A DNA stretch of 59,722 nt from positions 1 through 59,722 of the forward strand of contig JAWVYU010000001.1 of NCBI GenBank assembly GCA_033722575.1. The letters run 5' to 3'. This DNA is from Ketobacteraceae bacterium (GTDB lineage: Bacteria > Pseudomonadota > Gammaproteobacteria > Pseudomonadales > Ketobacteraceae). The notes beneath the pieces were generated by a model. It ran no database searches. It was not told the DNA's origin and was given only the letters and a program-made list of their open reading frames with translations. Position 1 is the stretch's first letter. Every line of letters starts with the position of its first letter. Positions 39,502-46,756 of this stretch are shown in pieces. The translations under genes were made by a program, and so were the position numbers.

Positions 39502-41117
39502 AACTTACTACTCCGTAAAGAAAAAACCTGATGCCAGTCATAACGCGCATCCAGATGCGTTGGTTTGATGTCGCCGATCCGTTGACCCTTTGATGACAGG
39601 TGTTCCTGATATTGCTTCCAGCCTTCCTTAACGGGCTGGATATCCATCGGACCAAGCTGACCCCGCTGCCTGCAGTAGCTGTAGTGGTGGCCGGTTTCCA
39701 GGTACTGCTCCACAATGGTGGTGAATTCTTTCAGCTTTTCAGTGGGTCCGTCGGACTCAATAAAAAGTGTGTAGTGCAGAGGCGGCTTTTTGCGAGGGGC
39801 TATCAGGGCGAAGCGGGTATTGATACCGGTTTCGCGGCTGGCCAGTTTGATTGCCTTGTCCGCCTGGTTGGCGTGAATTTTTTCCCCGCAAAGATCACTC
39901 ACGCGATCCAGCTTGTTGACATAGGTCAGTTCCGGCGTATTGCGGCGGAAACCGGTGCACTCAACAATGTCTTTCAGGTGATACCGGTAGAGTCCGCCAG
40001 AGGTGGTAATAATGGGGGAATACACGCCGCCTCTTTCCAGCTCGTGTGCCAACCTGGGAGCCGCGCTTTCATTGTTAAGGTCAATGAACTCATAGAAATG
40101 GCTGTTCACTGCCAGCACACCACCGTGGCTGATAAGATCGGACTCTGCATCCTGAGGGGTCTTGTCCAGGGGTATGGTGATCACTCCCTCTGTGGCCAGT
40201 AAACCTTTCCCCTGAATAAATACCTCCGGAAAATAATCCCTCAGGCGCGTGCTGAAATCAGCGGAGATACCGTCACTCCAGCAGGAAATCACTTTAAGAT
40301 TGGGCCACAGGGTTTCACCGTTCACGCCAGAGCGGGAGCGGTCTATGGCGGTATACAACCGGCGCCGGGCGTCCCGCGGCAGATCCTCCGCCAGGGCGTC
40401 TGTGTTGGCCTGGATATATTCCATCAGGGCCAGCAGGAAAGTGGGGCTCCATACCGAGATAAAGCCAAGGTTTTTCTCCTGCAGAAGGTGCCTGCAGGTC
40501 TGGTGCTTCCATTCACGGTCACAGGTGATGTGCCGCACACTGGAGGGCACACAAAGCATCTGTTCAAGGGACCATTTGGCCACCGGATTGAAATACTCGG
40601 TTTCTTCCTCGAAGCCAACGGGCACACCGCCGGACGTGGTGGTTTCATTATGGGAAACCGGCGATACGGACCAGTAGGATTTGGTACCGATCAGACCCGG
40701 AATTCGTGTGTAAAGGTTGTGTAGCCAGGGGTTGGTGGCAGCAGAGAACTCGTCCAGCAGCGCCTGGGTATAAGGAATGTACTTGGTGGTCGATGTGGAT
40801 CCGCCGGAACGCTCCAGCATCATCACCGGGTCGGACGTCAGCACATTCTGGTAACCCGCACATATCTGCTGAATGTAGGGCTCGATATCATCGTAACCCA
40901 CCACCGGTACCTTTTTGCGGAATTCCGCAATGGAGCTTATGCCGGAAAAACCCAGCTTGCTGCCATAGACCGTGGCAGCATTCTTCGCCAGAACACGGTC
41001 AAGTTTCCGGGACTGAATGTCGGCGGGCTTTCTGATGGCACGGCTGTAGCGCCGTGAATCGCGCAGCAGGCTGGCGATGTAAGCCCTTTGCAGGACGCTC
41101 AGGATTGTACTGGCCAT
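39498..41117 (-). CDS. GH3-family adenylate-forming acyl-acid amido synthetase
   Basis: 539-aa ORF. GH3 motifs: ERSGGSTSTTKYIPYT (compare SSGTTxGxxKxIP), GLLATEG (compare YxSSE) and GGLYRYHLKDIVEC (compare GLYRYRxGDxV). The stop overlaps the Rieske start (ATGA). Confidence 0.85.
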   Translation of the reverse strand: MASTILSVLQRAYIASLLRDSRRYSRAIRKPADIQSRKLDRVLAKNAATVYGSKLGFSGISSIAEFRKKVPVVGYDDIEPYIQQICAGYQNVLTSDPVMMLERSGGSTSTTKYIPYTQALLDEFSAATNPWLHNLYTRIPGLIGTKSYWSVSPVSHNETTTSGGVPVGFEEETEYFNPVAKWSLEQMLCVPSSVRHITCDREWKHQTCRHLLQEKNLGFISVWSPTFLLALMEYIQANTDALAEDLPRDARRRLYTAIDRSRSGVNGETLWPNLKVISCWSDGISADFSTRLRDYFPEVFIQGKGLLATEGVITIPLDKTPQDAESDLISHGGVLAVNSHFYEFIDLNNESAAPRLAHELERGGVYSPIITTSGGLYRYHLKDIVECTGFRRNTPELTYVNKLDRVSDLCGEKIHANQADKAIKLASRETGINTRFALIAPRKKPPLHYTLFIESDGPTEKLKEFTTIVEQYLETGHHYSYCRQRGQLGPMDIQPVKEGWKQYQEHLSSKGQRIGDIKPTHLDARYDWHQVFSLRSSKL

Positions 41118-41896
41118 GGTTTCAGAATGGTCTCATTGAGTTTTTTGAATGACTTTTTCATGATTTTTGCGGGGTAGCTCAACGCCAGCGTCGCATCGAT
41201 CCGGCCGATGCAACAGAGCTCGTCGCCCTGGGCGTGGCCCTGGTTTTTCTCCAGAAAAAACCGGATATCGGCTTGGTTGAGCATGCTCTGGTCGATAGGC
41301 GCAATGCCGCCTTTCAGCTTGCCCATGGGTTGCTTGAAAGACAGTACACCTTTCTCTGGTATCCAGCTGTCGGCGAACATGGAGGTGGCAAGGTGGTTCA
41401 GAATCGCTTTTTCCTGAGCCGGGGTTGGCCGGTCATGGCGTGGCCAGTAATTGGGAAAGTTCCGACTGAGCAGCAAATAGGTTTTATAACCTTTGGAAAT
41501 AAGAAACCAGTACACATCCTTGGTGGGATGCTGCAACTTGGTTTTAATAATGTACCTGAAGAAGGTTTTCTGGAGGGCTGTCTGACCCCAGTAGGCTTCG
41601 TCAATAATGGTGTCGCCGGAATACACAGCAACAAAGTCTTTCCCGTTGACCGCGTCATCAAACACCTTCAGGGTGGAAAAGCCTTTCAGTTGACGAAGAT
41701 TCGGGTCGAACAGCAGGATGACATCTTTCTTGTTGGAAAGGTCTGACTCGAAGCGGCTGCGCTCGATATCCTCGTAGTAGTTTTTGAAAAGGTCCCACAT
41801 GGCTTCGATAAGCTCACGGTCAAGCGCGTCTACGGGGCAGACCCGTGCCTTGAGTGTTCCTGTCGATGTCGGATTGAGTGTTGTGGTGACAGCCAT
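41099..41896 (-). CDS. hypothetical protein, first gene of the GH3 operon
   Basis: 265-aa ORF with AGGAG 6 nt upstream of the ATG. It overlaps the GH3 start by 19 nt. No family recognised; FLISKGYKTYLLLSRNFPNYWPR is the most distinctive segment. Two 60-nt lines I counted by hand were 38% and 45% GC. Confidence 0.6.
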   Translation of the reverse strand: MAVTTTLNPTSTGTLKARVCPVDALDRELIEAMWDLFKNYYEDIERSRFESDLSNKKDVILLFDPNLRQLKGFSTLKVFDDAVNGKDFVAVYSGDTIIDEAYWGQTALQKTFFRYIIKTKLQHPTKDVYWFLISKGYKTYLLLSRNFPNYWPRHDRPTPAQEKAILNHLATSMFADSWIPEKGVLSFKQPMGKLKGGIAPIDQSMLNQADIRFFLEKNQGHAQGDELCCIGRIDATLALSYPAKIMKKSFKKLNETILKPWPVQS

Positions 41897-41925
41897 CAGC
41901 AGCTCCTATTTACCTTTCGTTCATG

Positions 41926-41945
41926 GTTTTCGGATATTCGAAAAC
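41926..41945. promoter_or_regulatory. 7-6-7 palindrome in the 5' region of the GH3 operon
   Basis: GTTTTCG (41926-41932), GATATT, then CGAAAAC (41939-41945). It lies 30-50 nt upstream of the 265-aa gene start on the minus strand. Confidence 0.35.
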
Positions 41946-42385
41946 GAAAATAAGGGTCACAGTCAGTGCTAAGTGCTATATGTTGAATGGTTTATCCAAA
42001 GCGCCGGATAAATATAACAAAAACCTTTAAAAAACTGGCTTTAAATACGGTTTAGTTTTGTAATTGGATTCAAATACTTCCATAAATCACTGATATATAT
42101 AAATTATATTTTCTTGCAGTTTAAAAAATACTCAATTTTTCGGTGTTGTGACCGGTAGTCCATTTACACGGAATTACAGTGGAATCATCATTTTCCATTT
42201 TTAATTGGTACTTTCGTTTAGAAAAGTTCCGTTGCGAAAAGTTGCAATGTTGTTCTTTTGTGAATATGTGAAAATTAGGTATGACATTCTAGGTTTTATC
42301 TATATGATTCCCCGCAATTGGCATAGGTCAAGTTAAGAGCCTGTGTTGACTGTTTTACCTCGCGCACACAATCAGAGCCTGATTA

Positions 42386-42430
42386 GCGCCCGTTTCCGGG
42401 TGGCCGACGGGCGTTTGTCTGTTTTTCATG
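42386..42430 (+). terminator. intrinsic-terminator-like hairpin plus T-tract in the leader of the methyltransferase operon
   Basis: CGCCCGT (42387-42393) pairs with ACGGGCG (42407-42413), with an inner CGG/CCG extension. TTTGTCTGTTTTT follows. It ends about 45 nt before the ICMT-like start. Confidence 0.45.
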
Positions 42431-42432
42431 AT

Positions 42433-42451
42433 CACCAGGCTGCGCCTGGTG
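42433..42451 (+). promoter_or_regulatory. second leader hairpin
   Basis: CACCAGGC (42433-42440), loop TGC, then GCCTGGTG (42444-42451). A perfect 8-bp stem. Confidence 0.4.
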
Positions 42452-42476
42452 GGCTGACTGCATCTTGGTGTGCGTT

Positions 42477-43055
42477 ATGGATCTTTCTCTTGTTGTTCTT
42501 ATAGAGGCATGTTTTTTATATGCCGGAACCCTGCCAGCAGTGTTTTTCAAGTCTGGCGCCAGGAAGAACCTGAAATGGTTTGTTTCCTGTATCCCCATGT
42601 TTGTGCTTCCGTTTCTGTTGCTGTTTCTGTTTTTTACCCGTGATGCGTACCCGCTGGAAGGCTGGCTGGCTTATGGCGCCACGATCCTGGCGGTGATCAG
42701 CTGCCTGGCATCGGTCCTGCTGATCAACTGGGCGGTGCTCACCCATGCCGAGCCGATACCGCTCTGGCATCAGGAATCGCACCAGATGCCGTCCACCATT
42801 ATTGTTAGCGGCCCCTACGGAGTGGTCAGACACCCGTTCTATCTGGCCTACATACTGCTTTACTTTGCGACCTTCCTGGCAACCCTTCACTGGTTGGCTG
42901 CGGCATTACTCATTTGGGGTATTGCGGCCAACTATCTCACTGCCAGAAAAGAAGAGCTGACCATTATGGCATCCGGTATTGCCGCTGATTACGGTCAGTA
43001 CCGGGAGCGGGTCGGCATGTTATTTCCAAAACTCAGCCGTAGTCGGAGGGCATGA
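42477..43055 (+). CDS. ICMT/PEMT-family integral-membrane carboxyl methyltransferase
   Basis: Polytopic ORF of about 192 aa from the ATG at 42477; the tracked ORF starts at a TTG at 42465. The C-terminal GPYGVVRHPFYLAYILLYF matches the RHPxY motif of isoprenylcysteine carboxyl / phospholipid methyltransferase-like enzymes. Confidence 0.72.
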   Translation: MDLSLVVLIEACFLYAGTLPAVFFKSGARKNLKWFVSCIPMFVLPFLLLFLFFTRDAYPLEGWLAYGATILAVISCLASVLLINWAVLTHAEPIPLWHQESHQMPSTIIVSGPYGVVRHPFYLAYILLYFATFLATLHWLAAALLIWGIAANYLTARKEELTIMASGIAADYGQYRERVGMLFPKLSRSRRA

Positions 43056-44401
43056 TGGCACAGCCAACAATGACGTTTGTACCCAAGGAAAACAGGGAAC
43101 TTCCGCAGATACCCGGAAGCTGGGGCATGCCTGTTTTTGGTAATACCTTTTCCTATATGAAAGACAGCGTGGCCTGGTCTCACAAGAATTACGAGATGTA
43201 TGGCCCGGTATTCAAGGTGAATGCCTTTTTCCTGAAAGGTGCAGTGGCCCTGGGGCCTGAAGCACTTCAGTTTGTATTGCAGGACAAAGAGGGCAATTTC
43301 TCAACCGCCCTGGGCTGGGCGCCTTTCTTCCACAAACTCTTTCCCAGCAGCCTGCCCATGCGGGATGGTGACGACCACCGTTTCAACCGCAGAATCGTTC
43401 AGGAGGCCTTCAAGAAAGAAGCCATGACCGGTTACGTGGACGTGATCAACCCGGTGGTGGATCGTCAGTTGCAGGAGTGGAAGAGCCAGGAGACTTTTCT
43501 CTTCTACCCCCAGATCAAGGCGCTGGCACTGAATGTATCGGCTGCTGTGTTTATGGGGCTGGATCTTGGGGAAGAGGCCGACAAGGCCAATAAGGCGTTA
43601 CTTGATCTGGTGGCGGCCGTGGGTGCGGTTTTTCATCGCGAGGTGCCGTTTCTCAAGTTCAGAAAAGGCATGAATGGGCGCCGCTATCTGTGTGAGCTGC
43701 TGATGCCGTTTATCGAAGACAAAAAGAAAGTGGCCCCCAAAGATCTGTTCGGGCACCTGTGTCATGCAAAAACCGAAGAGGGCGACGCCTTCAGCCATCA
43801 GGAAATCGTGGATCATACCATTGCTATCATGTTTGCATCCCACGACACCACCACCAGCATTCTGACCTCCATGGCCTACTGGATGGCACGCTACCCCGAG
43901 TGGCAGGACAAAGTTCGGGAAGAGTGCCTGGGTCTCGGCAAGCCTTTTATCCATTACGATGATCTTGACGATATGCAGGTGATGGAATGGGTGTTTAAAG
44001 AAGGCCTGCGCCTGAATCCTCCGGTGGATCTTGCCCAGCGCCGTGCCGTGCGTGACTGCGAATTACTTGGCTACCACATTCCCAAGGATACCATCGTGAT
44101 GGCAGGGATCGGCTTTACCCACCGTATGAAAGATTACTGGAAAGAACCTGAGAGGTTCGATCCCACCCGCTTTGCCCCGGGCAGAGAAGAAGATAAACAG
44201 CATCCGTTTTTATGGTCACCCTTCGGTGGTGGCGCCCATAAGTGCATCGGTATGCACTTTGCGTATATGAACGTTAAAGCCATCATGCACCAATTGCTGA
44301 CCCGTTACCGGTTCGAGCTGCCCTGCGACCCTGAAGTGAAATTCCAGGCCATACCGGTCAAGCCGCGGAACAATCTGCCTTTCCGGGTAGTGCCATTGTA
44401 A
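43052..44401 (+). CDS. cytochrome P450
   Basis: 449-aa ORF. I-helix AIMFASHDTTTS, ExxR (KEGLRL), heme loop FGGGAHKCIGMHFA. The N-terminal LPQIPGSWGMPVFGNTFSYM and C-terminal KPRNNLPFRV resemble CYP120/CYP26-type soluble P450s as I remember them (weak). The start overlaps the methyltransferase stop (ATGA). Confidence 0.9.
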   Translation: MMAQPTMTFVPKENRELPQIPGSWGMPVFGNTFSYMKDSVAWSHKNYEMYGPVFKVNAFFLKGAVALGPEALQFVLQDKEGNFSTALGWAPFFHKLFPSSLPMRDGDDHRFNRRIVQEAFKKEAMTGYVDVINPVVDRQLQEWKSQETFLFYPQIKALALNVSAAVFMGLDLGEEADKANKALLDLVAAVGAVFHREVPFLKFRKGMNGRRYLCELLMPFIEDKKKVAPKDLFGHLCHAKTEEGDAFSHQEIVDHTIAIMFASHDTTTSILTSMAYWMARYPEWQDKVREECLGLGKPFIHYDDLDDMQVMEWVFKEGLRLNPPVDLAQRRAVRDCELLGYHIPKDTIVMAGIGFTHRMKDYWKEPERFDPTRFAPGREEDKQHPFLWSPFGGGAHKCIGMHFAYMNVKAIMHQLLTRYRFELPCDPEVKFQAIPVKPRNNLPFRVVPL

Positions 44402-44428
44402 GCAGCCGCTACAGGTAACGGGTGAACC

Positions 44429-45946
44429 ATGAACAGCTTTGATGAGTATGTGGACTATGATGCTGCCGGTCTGGCAGAACTGGTTGCCAGGGGCGAGCTA
44501 TCGCCTCTGGATATGGTTAAGGCCGCAGGGTGCCAGATTGACAAATGGAATCCCCGGATCAATGCGCTGACTTTCCATGATGCCAGGCAGGCTGCGGAAT
44601 ACGCAGACCGGAAGGATCTTTCCGGGACTGATTACAAAGGCGTGCCCTTTCTGGTGAAGGACCTGGTGACAGAGGTGAAGGGCTTTCCCCATACCTGTGG
44701 GAGCAAGGCGCTGGCTTCCTATGTTTCGGCCGAAGACTGCGAACTGGTGAAACGTTACCGTCAGGCGGGTTTCAATATTATGGGCGCTACCAATACAGCG
44801 GAGTTCGGCTTGTTGCCGGTGACCGAATCGGCCCACACAGGCGTCACCAGAAACCCCTGGAACACCGAATGCAACGCCGGTGGCTCCTCCGGAGGTGCCG
44901 CTGCGGCTGTCGCCTGCGGCATCGTGCCGGTGGCTGGCGCCACCGATGGGGGTGGTTCCATTCGCATCCCTGCGGCCTTTACCGGCACCTTTGGTTTCAA
45001 GCCCAGTCGTGGTCTGGTACCGCAGGATCCCATGGGTGAGCCCTGGGACGGCGCGGCCGTAACCCATGTGATCTCCCGGACCGTGCGTGACTCTTTTCAG
45101 GTACTGAATAAAACCCTGGGAATGACGGCATCGGCACCCTACGCACCTGTATCCGGCATCGAATCCGGCAATAAGGCTCTATCGCCTCGCGGTAAAAAAA
45201 TAGGTGTCTGCTTTACGTCGCCTTTATCCATGCCGGTATCGGAAAATAACCTGAAAGCACTGAGGAAGTGTGTGGCTGCGCTTGAAGCCAGGGGCTACGA
45301 GATTGTAGAAATAGACCGGTTGTATAATGGTTACGACCTGCTGGACAGCTTCTGCCCCGTGTTGTTCGGTCAGGTATCGGCGGATCTGCAAACCATTGGG
45401 GCGAAGCTGGGCAAGCCAGTTACCCGAAAAGATGTGGAGCCTGCCACCTGGCTGATTTCCGAGATTGGCCGGCATGTTTCGGCCCGTGATTTCGCCCTGG
45501 CCAAACAGCGTTGGGCGGAATTCCGCTTATTGATGGCAACCTATTTTTGCGAGTATGACTTTATTCTCACGCCGGTGACAGCGATCGATGCGCCACTGAA
45601 TGGTGAACTGGTACCGGACCCGGCTGAGCTCAAGGCCCTGAAATTCGTCAGCGCCATAAAGCTGGAGCGCTACCTGCCCAACAGTCGGCAATTCCGGGAA
45701 AACTTTTACCAGTCTTTTGAGCCATTTCCTTTTACGCTGATGGCTAATATCACAGGCATTCCTGCATTTTCAGCGCCTGTCTGGGTTGATGGGTCTGATA
45801 TGCCCTCTGCTGTTCAGGCCATGGGGCCCATTGGCTCCGATGCGGAGCTGATGAATCTGGCGCTGACAATTGAGCAGGAACTGCCCTGGATTGATACCTA
45901 TAAACGACTGCACCAATTGACAGATAACCAAGAGAAACCAGCATGA
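44429..45946 (+). CDS. amidase-signature family amidase
   Basis: 505-aa ORF with GGSSGGAAAAVA and the catalytic Lys context VPFLVKDL. It is a paralogue of gatA in this window. Confidence 0.9.
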   Translation: MNSFDEYVDYDAAGLAELVARGELSPLDMVKAAGCQIDKWNPRINALTFHDARQAAEYADRKDLSGTDYKGVPFLVKDLVTEVKGFPHTCGSKALASYVSAEDCELVKRYRQAGFNIMGATNTAEFGLLPVTESAHTGVTRNPWNTECNAGGSSGGAAAAVACGIVPVAGATDGGGSIRIPAAFTGTFGFKPSRGLVPQDPMGEPWDGAAVTHVISRTVRDSFQVLNKTLGMTASAPYAPVSGIESGNKALSPRGKKIGVCFTSPLSMPVSENNLKALRKCVAALEARGYEIVEIDRLYNGYDLLDSFCPVLFGQVSADLQTIGAKLGKPVTRKDVEPATWLISEIGRHVSARDFALAKQRWAEFRLLMATYFCEYDFILTPVTAIDAPLNGELVPDPAELKALKFVSAIKLERYLPNSRQFRENFYQSFEPFPFTLMANITGIPAFSAPVWVDGSDMPSAVQAMGPIGSDAELMNLALTIEQELPWIDTYKRLHQLTDNQEKPA

Positions 45947-46755
45947 GATATTTGTTCAGCCTGATGTTTGTGTTGGGTGCCGTGATTTCTGCGCCTTCAA
46001 TGGCCCAGACGGCGGAGCAAAAAGCGCTTGATATCGCCAGACAGGCGGACAAGCAGGATACCGGCTATGTGGATGAAAGAGTTGATGTGGACATGATCCT
46101 GATCCACAACTCCGGTAAAAAACTGACGCGGGAATCCCACTGGCGGATCAAGGAGCGTCGCACCGACGGTGATATGCGCCTGTATGTATTTCACAGCCCT
46201 GAAGATCAGCGGGGGGCGGCAATTCTTTCCCATGGTCATATCGACAGGGCGGACGACCAGTGGATATACCTGCCCAGCCTGGGGCGCTCCCTGATGATCA
46301 GTAACGAAAACCGGTCCGGATCATTTGTTGGCAGTGAGTTTTCCTATGAAGATATTAATTCACAGGAGATTCCCAAGTTTGAATGGCGTTATCTGCGGGA
46401 AGATACTCTGCGGGGTCGCAAGGTTCACGTTTCAGAGCGTCGCCCCAGGGATCCCTTCTCCGGTTACAGCAAGCAGCACTTATGGGTTGACCAGGAAAAC
46501 CTGTATACCATGCGGATTGAAAGTTTTGACCGCAAAGGCACGCATTTCAAAACCGCAGAAATTACCGGATGGAAGCTCCTGCAGGGATTCTGGCGGCAGG
46601 CGAAAATAGAAATGACCAATCATATCAATAAAAACGTATCCATACTGGAGTTCAGTAACCGGTCGATCAATACCGGGCTTGAAGCGGAAGAGTTTTCTGT
46701 AGAGGGATTCGCGACCGGTGAAACATTATTTACCAGGGGAAGAGGCGGGAAATAA
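45943..46755 (+). CDS. periplasmic LolA-like outer-membrane lipoprotein-sorting-type protein
   Basis: 270-aa ORF with a Sec signal peptide (MRYLFSLMFVLGAVISAPSMA/QT). The size and the position directly upstream of COG1033 RND genes are typical of the LolA-like partners of such exporters. The start overlaps the amidase stop (ATGA). Confidence 0.55.
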   Translation: MRYLFSLMFVLGAVISAPSMAQTAEQKALDIARQADKQDTGYVDERVDVDMILIHNSGKKLTRESHWRIKERRTDGDMRLYVFHSPEDQRGAAILSHGHIDRADDQWIYLPSLGRSLMISNENRSGSFVGSEFSYEDINSQEIPKFEWRYLREDTLRGRKVHVSERRPRDPFSGYSKQHLWVDQENLYTMRIESFDRKGTHFKTAEITGWKLLQGFWRQAKIEMTNHINKNVSILEFSNRSINTGLEAEEFSVEGFATGETLFTRGRGGK

Positions 46756-46756
46756 T

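Noticed and set aside
42247-42336. 29-codon ORF (MLFFCEYVKIRYDILGFIYMIPRNWHRSS) in the AT-rich divergent region.
   Set aside because: It has no convincing Shine-Dalgarno sequence, and short ORFs are expected by chance in 30% GC sequence. I mention it only as a remote leader-peptide possibility under the leader-hairpin finding.
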